Of a stretch of 64,000 nt of DNA, positions 23,588 to 34,326 are shown piece after piece (the first letter of the stretch is position 1; each line of letters opens with the position of its first letter). Source of the stretch: Escherichia coli (GTDB lineage Bacteria > Pseudomonadota > Gammaproteobacteria > Enterobacterales > Enterobacteriaceae); NCBI RefSeq assembly GCF_965641715.1, contig NZ_OZ282453.1. One strand, given 5' to 3'. The position numbers and the translations under genes were made by a program. The notes under the pieces were generated by a model. The model was given only the letters and a program-made list of their open reading frames with translations. It did no database searches and was not told the origin of the DNA.

Positions 23588-25138
23588 ATGCCCACTTCTC
23601 ATGAAAATGCACTGCAACAACGTTGCCAGCAAATTGTCACCAGCCCAGTGCTTAGCCCGGAGCAGAAGCGCCATTTTCTGGCACTGGAAGCAGAAAACAA
23701 TCTGCCTTACCCACAGCTTCCTGCCGAAGCCCGCCGCGCGCTGGATGAAGGTGTAATCTGCGATATGTTTGAAGGTCATGCGCCGTACAAACCGCGCTAT
23801 GTCTTACCCGATTACGCCCGTTTTCTGGCGAACGGTTCCGAATGGCTGGAGCTGGAAGGCGCGAAAGATCTTGATGACGCACTCTCTCTGCTGACCATTC
23901 TTTACCACCACGTACCGTCGGTCACATCGATGCCGGTCTACCTGGGGCAACTGGATGTGTTGTTGCAACCGTATGTTAGAATTCTAACACAAGACGAGAT
24001 CGATATTCGAATAAAACGTTTCTGGCGTTACCTCGACAGAACCCTGCCAGACGCCTTTATGCACGCCAATATCGGCCCGTCTGATTCGCCCATTACCCGT
24101 GCAATCTTACGTGCAGACGCAGAGTTGAAGCAGGTTTCACCGAACCTGACCTTTATCTACGATCCTGAAATCACCCCTGATGACCTGCTGCTGGAAGTGG
24201 CGAAAAACATCTGTGAATGTAGCAAACCGCACGTCGCCAACGGTCCGGTGCATGATAAAATTTTCACAAAAGGGGGCTACGGGATTGTGAGCTGTTACAA
24301 CTCACTGCCGCTGGCGGGTGGTGGCAGCACGCTGGTACGCCTTAACCTGAAAGCCATTGCCGAGCGCAGCGAATCGCTGGATGACTTCTTTACGCGCACT
24401 CTACCGCACTACTGCCAGCAGCAGATCGCCATCATCGATGCGCGGTGTGAATTCCTCTATCAACAATCACACTTCTTTGAGAATAGCTTCCTGGTGAAAG
24501 AAGGGCTGATTAACCCTGAACGTTTTGTGCCAATGTTTGGCATGTATGGGCTGGCGGAAGCGGTTAACTTGCTGTGTGAGAAAGAAGGGATTGCCGCGCG
24601 CTACGGTAAAGAAGCCGCCGCAAATGAAGTGGGTTATCGCATCAGCGCGCAACTGGCGGAGTTTGTCGCCAATACCCCCGTGAAATATGGCTGGCAAAAA
24701 CGCGCCATGTTACACGCACAGTCGGGGATCAGTTCCGATATCGGCACCACGCCGGGCGCGCGTTTGCCGTATGGCGATGAGCCAGATCCGATCACCCATC
24801 TGCAAACTGTCGCCCCGCATCATGCTTATTATTATTCCGGCATCAGCGACATTCTGACGCTCGACGAAACCATCAAACGTAACCCGCAGGCACTGGTACA
24901 GCTTTGCCTCGGTGCCTTTAAAGCCGGAATGCGTGAATTTACCGCCAATGTCAGCGGTAACGATCTGGTTCGCGTTACCGGTTATATGGTGCGTTTGTCA
25001 GATTTAGAAAAATATCGCGCCGAAGGTTCACGTACCAACACCACCTGGCTGGGCGAAGAAGCCGCACGCAACACTCGTATTCTGGAACGCCAGCCGCGCG
25101 TGATAAGCCATGAACAGCAGATGCGCTTTAGTCAGTAA
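23588..25138 (+). CDS. yjjI: glycyl-radical-enzyme-like protein YjjI
   Basis: 516 aa, conserved neighbour of deoC and paired with an activase gene. Confidence 0.85.
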   Translation: MPTSHENALQQRCQQIVTSPVLSPEQKRHFLALEAENNLPYPQLPAEARRALDEGVICDMFEGHAPYKPRYVLPDYARFLANGSEWLELEGAKDLDDALSLLTILYHHVPSVTSMPVYLGQLDVLLQPYVRILTQDEIDIRIKRFWRYLDRTLPDAFMHANIGPSDSPITRAILRADAELKQVSPNLTFIYDPEITPDDLLLEVAKNICECSKPHVANGPVHDKIFTKGGYGIVSCYNSLPLAGGGSTLVRLNLKAIAERSESLDDFFTRTLPHYCQQQIAIIDARCEFLYQQSHFFENSFLVKEGLINPERFVPMFGMYGLAEAVNLLCEKEGIAARYGKEAAANEVGYRISAQLAEFVANTPVKYGWQKRAMLHAQSGISSDIGTTPGARLPYGDEPDPITHLQTVAPHHAYYYSGISDILTLDETIKRNPQALVQLCLGAFKAGMREFTANVSGNDLVRVTGYMVRLSDLEKYRAEGSRTNTTWLGEEAARNTRILERQPRVISHEQQMRFSQ

Positions 25139-25973
25139 GGTTATCCCCTTCTCCTGCGTTGACGGGCCAGGCAGTCGTCTGGCTCTGTTTTTGCAGGGCT
25201 GCAATCTGCGCTGCAAAAACTGTCACAATCCGTGGACGATGGGACGTTGCAATGACTGTGGGGAGTGCGTGCCACAGTGTCCGCATCAGGCGTTGCAGAT
25301 TGTTGACGGCAAAGTGGTGTGGAACGCTGTGGTTTGCGAGCAGTGTGATACCTGCCTGAAGATGTGTCCGCAACATGCCACACCAATGGCGCAATCCATG
25401 AGCGTGGACGAAGTGCTTAGCCATGTCCGCAAAGCGGTGCTGTTTATCGAAGGGATAACGGTGAGTGGCGGTGAAGCCACGACCCAGCTGCCGTTTGTGG
25501 TGGCGCTGTTTACTGCCATCAAAAACGATCCGCAACTGTGCCATCTCACCTGCCTCGTGGACAGTAACGGTATGTTGAGCGAAACCGGCTGGGAAAAATT
25601 ACTCCCGGTGTGCGACGGCGCGATGCTCGATCTCAAAGCGTGGGGGAGCGAATGTCATCAACAATTAACCGGACGCGATAATCAGCAGATTAAGCGCAGC
25701 ATCTGTTTGCTGGCAGAGCGCGGCAAGCTGGCGGAACTGCGTTTGCTGGTAATCCCTGGCCAGGTGGATTATTTGCAACACATCGAAGAACTGGCGGTGT
25801 TTATCAAGGGACTTGGCGATGTTCCGGTACGCCTGAACGCGTTTCATGCCCACGGCGTGTATGGCGAGGCGCAAAGCTGGGCGAGCGCCACGCCGGAAGA
25901 CGTTGAGCCGTTGGCTGATGCGTTAAAGGTGCGCGGGGTGAGCCGGTTGATATTTCCGGCGCTGTATTTGTGA
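25110..25973 (+). CDS. yjjW: glycyl-radical enzyme activating protein YjjW (radical SAM)
   Basis: 287 aa, cysteine clusters CxxCxNPW and ferredoxin-like CPxxA, overlaps yjjI end. Confidence 0.85.
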   Translation: MNSRCALVSKVIPFSCVDGPGSRLALFLQGCNLRCKNCHNPWTMGRCNDCGECVPQCPHQALQIVDGKVVWNAVVCEQCDTCLKMCPQHATPMAQSMSVDEVLSHVRKAVLFIEGITVSGGEATTQLPFVVALFTAIKNDPQLCHLTCLVDSNGMLSETGWEKLLPVCDGAMLDLKAWGSECHQQLTGRDNQQIKRSICLLAERGKLAELRLLVIPGQVDYLQHIEELAVFIKGLGDVPVRLNAFHAHGVYGEAQSWASATPEDVEPLADALKVRGVSRLIFPALYL

Positions 25974-25974
25974 C

Positions 25975-26395
25975 ATGCCGGATACGGCCTACGGTTCGGC
26001 ACAGACTTGTAGGCATGATAAGACGCGACAAGCGTCGCATCAGGCATTGTGCGCCAACTGCCGGATGCGGCGTGAACGCCTTATCCGGCCTACGGTTCGG
26101 CACAAACCTGTAGGCATGATAAGACGCGACAAGCGTCGCTTCAGGCATTATGCGCCGACTGCCGGATGAGGCGTGAACGCCTTATCCGGCCTACGGTTCG
26201 GCACAGACTTGTAGGCATGATAAGACGCGACAAGCGTCGCATCAGGCATTGTGCGCCAACTGCCGGATGCGGCGTGAACGCCTTATCCGGCCTACGGTTC
26301 GGCACAAACCTGTAGGCATGATAAGACGCGTTAAGCGTCGCATCAGGCATTATGCGCCGACTGCCGGATGCTGCCTACGAAGGGCAAACTACCCA
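25975..26395. repeat. tandem array of about 4 BIME/REP units (period about 98-100 bp)
   Basis: near-identical repeats of gccggatgcggcgtgaacgccttatccggcctacggttcggcacaaacctgtaggcatgataagacgcgacaagcgtcgcatcaggcat... Confidence 0.75.
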
Positions 26396-27171
26396 CGAAC
26401 GTTAAACACCGCATACGTGTTATTAAGCAACACTTCGGCAATCTCATCCGCGGGTTCCGGGCGTAACTCGCAAAGCACGGCAAACACACGGGCAGCATGC
26501 TCCGGGCGGTTAGGCTGCCCCTGAAAACCGTTGAGCGGCATATCCGGCGCATCGGTTTCCAGCAACAACGATGCCAGCGGTAATTTTGCGATGACATCGC
26601 GGGTTTTACTGGCGCGTGGATAGGTGATAGTACCGCCTACGCCGATTTTGTAGCCCAGCTGTACAAACCGTTCAGCCTGTTGCTGGCTGCCAGAAAATCC
26701 GTGGACAACACCAGCACGCGGCAAATCGTGGCGTTTAAGATGCATCGCCAGTTTGTCGTGCGTGCGCCGTGAATGCAGGATCACCGGCAGATCGTAGCGT
26801 TTCGCCAGTTTCAGTTGTTCGTCGAGTAACCACTGCTGCCTCTCAAATTGCGGATCGTCGCCAAAGAGATCCAGACCGATCTCCCCCACCGCCACCACCT
26901 TCGCCGGACGCCTTTCCAGCGCCTGCTGTAGCTGCTCAAGAGACACATCGCTATGTTTTTCCAACATACCAGGATGCAAGCCCAATGCGGCATACAGCGG
27001 TTGATAATTTTCCGCCAGCGCCAACACACGGGCAAAATTTGCCGCCTCTGTCGCCGAAACAATAATCTTGCCTACGCCCGCTTGTGCCGCGCGTTGCAGG
27101 CTGGCCTCTTCATCGCCACTAAACGGCGGGAAATCAAAATGGCAGTGGGTATCGATAAAACGGCAAATCAA
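26389..27171 (-). CDS. yjjV: TatD-family metal-dependent hydrolase YjjV
   Basis: 260 aa, N-terminal DTHCH motif (MICRFIDTHCHFDF). Confidence 0.8.
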   Translation of the reverse strand: MICRFIDTHCHFDFPPFSGDEEASLQRAAQAGVGKIIVSATEAANFARVLALAENYQPLYAALGLHPGMLEKHSDVSLEQLQQALERRPAKVVAVGEIGLDLFGDDPQFERQQWLLDEQLKLAKRYDLPVILHSRRTHDKLAMHLKRHDLPRAGVVHGFSGSQQQAERFVQLGYKIGVGGTITYPRASKTRDVIAKLPLASLLLETDAPDMPLNGFQGQPNRPEHAARVFAVLCELRPEPADEIAEVLLNNTYAVFNVRG

Positions 27172-28277
27172 GCCAGATCCTCATTGTTAAATGTCGGGTC
27201 GTTCGCCTGCGGAGCATCGCTCACTTCGGCAACCAGCGTATCGTTGGCGACTGGCGCAGGCGGAATGACAATCGATTCCGGCGTCACCACTGGCACCAGA
27301 TGGCGGGTAAGCGGCGCTTTTTCAGTTAATAGCTTGCCAACCGTGGCGAGGAAATAACGACCGCATAAACGCCCAAGTTTATAGTCTTCACGCAGCGCCG
27401 GAATCCGACTGCCAAGCGCGATACTATGTAATGGCTTCGGCGGATAAATTTCGAATATCCGCAGCTTGCCCGGTGGTTTCTCAATAAATTGCTGAATGTC
27501 ACGATAGCTGGTTTCATGATGCTGCACCAGATTGACCAGCGGCTGCAGGCTACTGTCACCCAGCCAGCGTTCCATGCGTTTGAACCACTGCGGCGTGTAG
27601 TACATTTGTGACGGCACAGTGCGGATGACGACTAACGTTTTAGCGCCCTGCCTTGCCGCCTCTTTAACCGGAATCGCATCACTGATCCCGCCATCCAGGT
27701 AGTTAATGCCTTCCAGCGACACTCCGCTACGATAAAAGCCAGGTATCGCACTGGAGGCGCGAATCACATCCAGCCAGTTTTGTTTGGTTGGTAAAAAGTA
27801 ATTCGGCGCGTAGTCATCCTGACGACAGGCGCACATATAAAACGATTTGCCGCTGTCAAACAACCGCGCGGCGGTATCCATTTGCAACGGCATCTGGCTT
27901 GCGGTGGCCTCCACCAGCCAGTCGAGATCGATAAGATTTCCTCCACGGACAAAGCGCAATGGATCGAAAAATTCGCGTTTTGTGGTATAGCGCATGATGA
28001 CTTTGCGCGCGTAACCGGGCTGATTGCAGATAAACGCCGAGAGGTTCTGCGCCCCGGCAGATGTGCCGAGATAAAGATCGAAAGGATTAAACTGCGCGCG
28101 CATAAACTCATCCAGCACGCCAGCCGTGAAAATTCCACGCTGTCCGCCGCCTTCACACACCAGAGCTATTCGTCCAGGCTGGAACGGCCTTAGCGACAAC
28201 GGCGCAATATTACCAAGCGTTACAGGTATTCGCTGCCCCACCTCTGCCTTCCTGTTTTTGTTGTGAAAGAATGACAA
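27168..28277 (-). CDS. yjjU: patatin-like phospholipase YjjU (true start may be internal)
   Basis: GGGxRG oxyanion motif (CEGGGQRGIF) and GTSAG serine lipase motif. Confidence 0.8.
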   Translation of the reverse strand: MSFFHNKNRKAEVGQRIPVTLGNIAPLSLRPFQPGRIALVCEGGGQRGIFTAGVLDEFMRAQFNPFDLYLGTSAGAQNLSAFICNQPGYARKVIMRYTTKREFFDPLRFVRGGNLIDLDWLVEATASQMPLQMDTAARLFDSGKSFYMCACRQDDYAPNYFLPTKQNWLDVIRASSAIPGFYRSGVSLEGINYLDGGISDAIPVKEAARQGAKTLVVIRTVPSQMYYTPQWFKRMERWLGDSSLQPLVNLVQHHETSYRDIQQFIEKPPGKLRIFEIYPPKPLHSIALGSRIPALREDYKLGRLCGRYFLATVGKLLTEKAPLTRHLVPVVTPESIVIPPAPVANDTLVAEVSDAPQANDPTFNNEDLA

Positions 28278-28362
28278 AGTAACGCAATTTATTATTCGCT
28301 AAAACCGCAAAAGCCAGTCCGCTGGACTGGCTTTGGATAAAATTTTCTTAATGGTCTGAAAT

Positions 28363-28524
28363 CTAGGGTCGTTTTCGGCCCATGAACAAACTCACCAGGA
28401 ACAGAATAATCCCGACGACAAAGACAATTTTAGCTGCGCCTGCAGCGGTACCGGCCAGACCACCAAACCCAAGTGCGGCGGCGATTAACGCGATAACCAG
28501 AAATATGATGCCCCAACGAAACAT
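28363..28524 (-). CDS. ytjA: small UPF0391-type membrane protein YtjA (about 53 aa, start at MFRWGII)
   Basis: two predicted TM helices, conserved position between yjjU and osmY. Confidence 0.7.
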
Positions 28525-28650
28525 AAGCGTCTCCTTTACCATAGTTAATGTCACCGCTTGATATGAGCGTGAAAATCACTCAATGCGATATTTTTAGTGT
28601 GGTGCACATCGCGCCTCCCGACAAAGTTCGGGAGGACGAATTACGACGAA

Positions 28651-29256
28651 TTACTTAGTTTTCAGATCATTTTTAACGCTTTTCACACCATCTACCGCTT
28701 TGGCGATACTTTCAGCACGGTCACTTTGTGCCTGAGAATCTACGGTACCGGAGAGCTGAACCACGCCATCGGTGGTTTCAACTTTCACATGACGGGAAGG
28801 GACGATATCGTCCGCCAGCAGTTTGGCTTTGATTTCACTGGTGGTGGCGGTGTCACCCGCGTAGCCCTTCACCGAGCCTTCTTTAGCGTCGCGAACGTGC
28901 AGTTTGTCGCTGACAGAGGTCACCCCTTCAACGCCTTTCGCCACTTTCACTGCCTCTTCGGCCTGGGCCTGACTTTCAACGAAACCGCTCAGGGTCACGA
29001 CTTTTTGATCGGTTTTGACAGAGATATCGGTGCTCTTGATGTTGTCATGATCCACCAGCGCCGCCTTCACTTTCGCGGTGATGGCGCTGTCATCCATGAA
29101 ATTACCGACTTTATTCATAGAGCTATCGACTTTTTGCCCTGCGCTTTCATTGGTAGTCTGCGCGTTGTTTTCCGCGTAGGCAGAGCCGGTCGCGACGGCA
29201 GAGGTCAACATTACAGCCAGCAGAGTTTTCGAAATCTTCAGTCTTGTCATAGTCAT
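28651..29256 (-). CDS. osmY: osmotically inducible periplasmic protein OsmY (start at MTMTRLKIS)
   Basis: signal peptide plus two BON domains. Confidence 0.9.
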
Positions 29257-29648
29257 CGATTTATTCCTGTATGTTTGCTCATAATTTGAGCCTGGCAACA
29301 CGAGGTTGCATTGCTGAATAGGGAGAGACTTCACCCTCTACAGAAGTCAATGGTCGCCATCACAAAAGCGATGGGTAATGAATAACGACCATTACAGCCT
29401 CTGAATCAGTTATTAATATCGGTGGAATGACAATCGACGGCTTTAGATACTGATATCTACGCATTGAACGGTATTTAACGCCGTCAGAAATGTCATTACT
29501 TTGTTAAATATAGATCACAATTTTGAAACCGCTCGGGATATCAGCGAAAACATAAGCAAAAGTGAATGTTTTAAGAACATTCCGTAAGCGGCTAATAAGG
29601 AAGGGAAATTGACAGGGCGCAGCGGCTACCGCGCCCTGGAGACAAGAA

Positions 29649-31235
29649 TTAATGCTCGCGGGTCTGGTGGAACTGAACGTCCGGATAACGTTCCTGCGCC
29701 AGGCGCAGGTTAACCATGCTGGTAGCGATGTAAGCGAGGTTATCGCCGCCATCAAGCGCCAGTTGGCTTTCGTTCTTACGCTTGAACTCTTCGAATTTCT
29801 TCGCGTCCGCACATTCTACCCACCGGGCGGTGGCAACGTTGACTGATTCATATACTGCTTCAACGTTGTATTCGCTCTTCAGGCGCGCTACCACCACATC
29901 AAACTGCAGCACACCAACCGCACCAACGATCAGGTCGTTGTTGGAGATCGGACGGAACACCTGCACCGCGCCCTCTTCGGAAAGCTGTACCAGCCCTTTG
30001 AGCAGCTGTTTTTGCTTCAGCGGATCTTTCAGGCGGATACGACGGAACAGTTCTGGTGCGAAGTTCGGAATACCGGTGAACTTCATCATCTCACCCTGGG
30101 TAAAGGTGTCGCCGATCTGAATGGTGCCGTGGTTGTGCAGGCCGAGGATATCGCCAGGATACGCTTCTTCAACGTGCGAACGGTCACCCGCCATAAAGGT
30201 CAGCGCGTCAGAGATCACCACGTCTTTCGCGGTGCGCACCTGGCGCAGCTTCATGCCTTTTTCATATTTACCGGATACCACGCGCATAAACGCCACGCGG
30301 TCGCGGTGTTTCGGGTCCATGTTGGCCTGAATTTTAAATACGAAGCCGGTAAATTTGTCTTCGCTCGCTTGTACGGTACGGGTATCAGTCTGACGCGGCA
30401 TCGGCGCAGGTGCCCACTCCACCAGGCCATCCAACATATGATCGACGCCGAAGTTACCCAGCGCAGTACCGAAGAATACCGGAGTGATTTCGCCCGCAAG
30501 GAACAGCTCTTTGTCGAACTCGTTAGACGCGCCTTTAACCAGTTCCAGTTCGTCACGTAGCTGCTGTGCCAGATCTTCACCAACCGCAGCGTCGAGATCC
30601 GGGTTATTCAGCCCTTTAACAATACGGACTTCCTGAATGGTGTGCCCTTTACCGCTCTGATAGAGATAGGTTTCATCTTTATAAAGGTGGTAAACGCCTT
30701 TAAACAGCTTGCCGCAGCCAATTGGCCAGGTGATCGGTGCGCAGCCAATTTTCAGCTCGTTCTCAACTTCATCGAGCAATTCCATCGGGTCGCGGATATC
30801 ACGGTCAAGTTTGTTCATAAAGGTGAGGATCGGCGTGTCGCGCAGACGGGTAACTTCCATCAGCTTACGGGTACGATCTTCAACACCTTTTGCGGCGTCG
30901 ATAACCATCAGGCAGCAGTCCACCGCCGTCAGGGTACGATAGGTATCTTCCGAGAAGTCTTCGTGCCCCGGGGTGTCGAGCAGGTTAACCAGGCAATCGT
31001 GATACGGAAACTGCATCACAGACGTAGTAATGGAGATCCCACGCTGCTTTTCCATCTCCATCCAGTCCGACTTAGCGTGCTGGTTGGAACCACGGCCTTT
31101 TACTGTACCGGCGGTCTGAATGGCCTGTCCGAACAGCAGCACCTTCTCGGTGATGGTAGTCTTACCGGCGTCCGGGTGAGAAATAATTGCAAAGGTTCTT
31201 CTTTTCGCTACCTCTGCGGCCAAAAGGCTTGTCAT
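29649..31235 (-). CDS. prfC: peptide chain release factor 3 (start probably [13 protein letters not shown]; N-terminus differs from the K-12 protein as I recall it)
   Basis: GTPase motifs [21 protein letters not shown]; full-length EF-G-like protein. Confidence 0.9.
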   Translation of the reverse strand: MTSLLAAEVAKRRTFAIISHPDAGKTTITEKVLLFGQAIQTAGTVKGRGSNQHAKSDWMEMEKQRGISITTSVMQFPYHDCLVNLLDTPGHEDFSEDTYRTLTAVDCCLMVIDAAKGVEDRTRKLMEVTRLRDTPILTFMNKLDRDIRDPMELLDEVENELKIGCAPITWPIGCGKLFKGVYHLYKDETYLYQSGKGHTIQEVRIVKGLNNPDLDAAVGEDLAQQLRDELELVKGASNEFDKELFLAGEITPVFFGTALGNFGVDHMLDGLVEWAPAPMPRQTDTRTVQASEDKFTGFVFKIQANMDPKHRDRVAFMRVVSGKYEKGMKLRQVRTAKDVVISDALTFMAGDRSHVEEAYPGDILGLHNHGTIQIGDTFTQGEMMKFTGIPNFAPELFRRIRLKDPLKQKQLLKGLVQLSEEGAVQVFRPISNNDLIVGAVGVLQFDVVVARLKSEYNVEAVYESVNVATARWVECADAKKFEEFKRKNESQLALDGGDNLAYIATSMVNLRLAQERYPDVQFHQTREH

Positions 31236-31421
31236 AATTGTTGTCTCTTTGATTATGTACAATCATATGTACAAAGAAAAATTCATGCCGCTGATTGTAC
31301 ATTTTGGAGGTATCAGAGCATAGCAGAACATGATCAGTAGGTGTATTTGTAGCCAAAGAACATTTGTACATGCAGCAATCTTTGCTCTATTGACACTGTT
31401 TATTTATACAGTTAAAAATAA

Positions 31422-31441
31422 TACTGTATGCAAACACAGTG
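31422..31441 (+). promoter_or_regulatory. candidate LexA (SOS) box upstream of the dinI-like gene
   Basis: tactgtatgcaaacacagtg fits CTGT-N8-ACAG. Confidence 0.45.
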
Positions 31442-31454
31442 TAGAGGGAGTTTT

Positions 31455-31715
31455 ATGCGTATTGAGATCTGCATAGCCAAAGAGAAAATGACTAAAATGC
31501 CAAACGGTGCTGTGGATGCGTTAAAGGAAGAATTAACCCGACGCATCAGTAAGCGTTATGACGATATAGAGGTGATCGTAAAAGCCACCAGCAATGATGG
31601 CCTTTCTGTTACGCGCACCACTGATAAAGATTCAGCTAAAACTTTTGTTCAGGAAACTCTGAAAGATACCTGGGAGTCTGCTGACGAGTGGTTTGTATAC
31701 TCCAACCATAAATGA
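31455..31715 (+). CDS. DinI-family protein (prophage-encoded; track ORF starts at 31428 but a better RBS precedes MRIEICIAK)
   Basis: [35 protein letters not shown]...[16 protein letters not shown] resembles DinI (MRIEVTIAK...QETWESADDWFV). Confidence 0.7.
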   Translation: MRIEICIAKEKMTKMPNGAVDALKEELTRRISKRYDDIEVIVKATSNDGLSVTRTTDKDSAKTFVQETLKDTWESADEWFVYSNHK

Positions 31716-31883
31716 AGTTAATGACTATTGTGAGCGAGAAACGCGCTACTACTATATAGACAGACAAGATGCACTTACTGAATAAATACTCATAACGGAG
31801 AAACCAGCTGTATAGTGAACAATAGATTTCCAGTAGCATATTTTTACTTCACTTTTAGTTATTAATATGATAATCATAAACTA

Positions 31884-32018
31884 CGGCTCTGCCTTAAATT
31901 TGTGAGGTTGTTTCGCCTCGAAGGAACTAATGTTAGGACATACGCCACCGTTCAGTCGATGGTAACGCTTCTTAACTAGTGGTCCGCTAAGTGATGCGCA
32001 AAGTGATTGGGCAGAGCC
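31884..32018 (+). ncRNA. candidate retron msr-msd ncRNA bounded by 10-bp inverted repeats (a1/a2)
   Basis: cGGCTCTGCC at about 31884-31893 and GGCAGAGCCg at about 32009-32018 are exact reverse complements, immediately upstream of the RT gene. Confidence 0.5.
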
Positions 32019-32042
32019 GAAACGTTTACAATCCGATAGGAG

Positions 32043-33677
32043 TTGGTTTTGTCGCTACATGATAAATTATTAATGCATAACTTCGCATTAGCCAATAAAA
32101 AAAGCCCTGACTTCATATCTGAACTTCCTCAAATTGAACCTAAACCATACAGCAATGGACATAAAATTAAATGGATAAACCACACACTTACTAGCACTGA
32201 AGTTACTCCGCCTGATAACCTGATTAAAATATGCATATTGATTGAGTCAGGGGAAATTGCTATAACATCAGTAAGTGATATTGCCAATTTACTTGGAGTT
32301 CCTGCTGGCCAATTACTTTATATACTATATCGTAAAAAAGATAATTATCGTACTTTTGAAATAGAAAAGAAGAATGGTAAAAAAAGAGTCATTAATGCTC
32401 CTTGTGGCGGTCTATCGATACTCCAAACGAGACTAAAGCCCGTTCTTGAATATTTCTACAGGCCAAAGAAATCTGCTCATGGTTTTATAAAAGGAAAGAG
32501 CATCATTACTAATGCTGGGATGCATATTAAAAAAAAATTTGTCGTAAACATTGACCTAGAAAACTATTTCGAATCAATAAGTTTTGCTAGGGTTTATGGA
32601 ATATTTAAAAGTAAACCTTTTAATTTTTCTCATCCAGCAGCTACTGTTTTAGCTCAGTTATGTACTCACAATGGAAAATTACCTCAAGGTGCGTGTACAT
32701 CGCCAATATTAGCAAATATTGCATCAGCTTCTCTAGACAAACAGCTCACCCAATTTGCAGGAAGAAAAAAAATATCTTATTCTAGGTATGCTGACGACAT
32801 AACTTTTTCTTTCAATCAGAGAAATATTGATATAATCAAAAAAAACGACGACGGAAGTTATAGTCTTAGTGAAACTATAGACAATATTATTTCAAAAAAT
32901 GGCTTTAAAATAAATTATGATAAATTTAGAGTTCAAACCAGAAATACAAGACAAAGTGTTACTGGCTTAGTGGTTAATGATAAAGTTAACATTAACAGAA
33001 GATATATAAGAATTACACGTTCAATGATTCATAGATGGACAGATGATAAGCTAAAGTATGCACTTCTCTTTGCTACAGAAAAAGGATATCAGGCAAAGGA
33101 TAATAACCACGCAATTCAAATTTTCCGAAATCATATTTATGGAAGACTTAGCTTTATAAAAATGGTTAGAGGGAAAGACTATCCAGGATATTTAAAACTG
33201 ATGTCATACATGAGTCATAACGATCCATTAAAAACCCAAGAAGGATTGCGAGCAATGAAAGAAACAGAAAACTTTGATGTTTTTATATGCCATGCAAGCG
33301 AAGACAAAAAAGACATTGCAATTCCAATATATGACGAGTTAACTAAACTTAAAATTTCAGCCTTCATAGATCATGTTGAGATAAAATGGGGCGACTCCTT
33401 AATTGAGAAAATAAATGCAGCACTAGTTAAATCAAAATATGTCATCGCTATTTTATCTGCTAATTCAGTCAATAAGGAATGGCCTCAAAAAGAATTAAGA
33501 GCAGTTTTAGCCAGCGAAATATCGAGTGGCGACGTAAAACTTTTGACCCTATTAAAAAAAGAAGACAAGGAGGTCGTAAACCTATCATTACCTTTACTTA
33601 GTGATAAGTTTTATATGGTCTATGATAATAATCCTGAAGTAGTCGCCAACAATATTAAATCACTCTTACAACGATAA
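32043..33677 (+). CDS. retron-type reverse transcriptase fused to a C-terminal TIR domain (544 aa)
   Basis: RT motifs NAP, VNIDLENYFESI, TSPILANI, YSRYADDITFSF (YxDD) and retron-specific VTG (SVTGLVVN); C-terminus FDVFICHASEDKKDIAIPIYDEL...NKEWPQKEL is TIR-like. Confidence 0.85.
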   Translation: MVLSLHDKLLMHNFALANKKSPDFISELPQIEPKPYSNGHKIKWINHTLTSTEVTPPDNLIKICILIESGEIAITSVSDIANLLGVPAGQLLYILYRKKDNYRTFEIEKKNGKKRVINAPCGGLSILQTRLKPVLEYFYRPKKSAHGFIKGKSIITNAGMHIKKKFVVNIDLENYFESISFARVYGIFKSKPFNFSHPAATVLAQLCTHNGKLPQGACTSPILANIASASLDKQLTQFAGRKKISYSRYADDITFSFNQRNIDIIKKNDDGSYSLSETIDNIISKNGFKINYDKFRVQTRNTRQSVTGLVVNDKVNINRRYIRITRSMIHRWTDDKLKYALLFATEKGYQAKDNNHAIQIFRNHIYGRLSFIKMVRGKDYPGYLKLMSYMSHNDPLKTQEGLRAMKETENFDVFICHASEDKKDIAIPIYDELTKLKISAFIDHVEIKWGDSLIEKINAALVKSKYVIAILSANSVNKEWPQKELRAVLASEISSGDVKLLTLLKKEDKEVVNLSLPLLSDKFYMVYDNNPEVVANNIKSLLQR

Positions 33678-34121
33678 TTCTCTCACAAAAGCAAATGTGC
33701 AGATTGATGCGTATTAAGTATTAACCTGCACATACAAAAAATTAATAAAATAATATATTTTTCATAACCTGCAGGTAACAATAATATGTGTCGTAACGAA
33801 TAGTTGGATAACCTCTATACCCTATTAACCAACCAATTAACTCTATGTAATCTCGCAGCCTCAAAACCCGACTATTGTTCTCTTAACAGTCAGTTCACGT
33901 TCCATTTCGGCCTGAGCCCCATAACATGGAAGAAAAAACGCCCCCAGTCAGTCCAGCTTTCAGACAATCAGTGTGTCACCTGCCGATAATATTCTGAGTA
34001 GTTTTTTCAGCCCAGGCCTTTCGGACTTTGTACCACTGATTTTATCTTCAAAATCAGCGCGCATTCTTCGTAGTCCAGCAAACTCTTGTATATGACGTTA
34101 TTATGGCTACAGCAGTAACGA

Positions 34122-34215
34122 TTATTCCATAACAGGTACTGTAGGCCACTCAATATCCGGTGCTACTGATGTATCAACACGGTTCAGCAACACCCGATAC
34201 TTTTTCCAGGTTGTT
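34122..34215 (-). pseudogene. 3' remnant of the tail fibre assembly gene tfa (about 31 codons)
   Basis: minus-strand translation [28 protein letters not shown] matches the lambda Tfa C-terminus; no upstream tfa coding sequence. Confidence 0.55.
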
Positions 34216-34326
34216 ACCAGACTCACATTCGTTCATTAATATGTCCTGTGATTTGCGTGCGGTGAGGTAGCCTTTTCCCAACCTCACCATCATCCGGCAA
34301 TTTGTATTTATCACAAACGGCCTGTA

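Noticed and set aside
25975-26395. Possible CRISPR array
   Set aside because: The whole unit, including the would-be spacer, is repeated; the units are REP palindromes typical of BIMEs; no cas genes nearby.
32042-32110. Apparent one-base discrepancy or frameshift at the 5' end of the RT-TIR gene (poly-A run)
   Set aside because: My manual base count disagreed by one with the ORF-track frame, but the track shows an uninterrupted 544-aa ORF; I attribute this to my homopolymer counting error, not a real frameshift.
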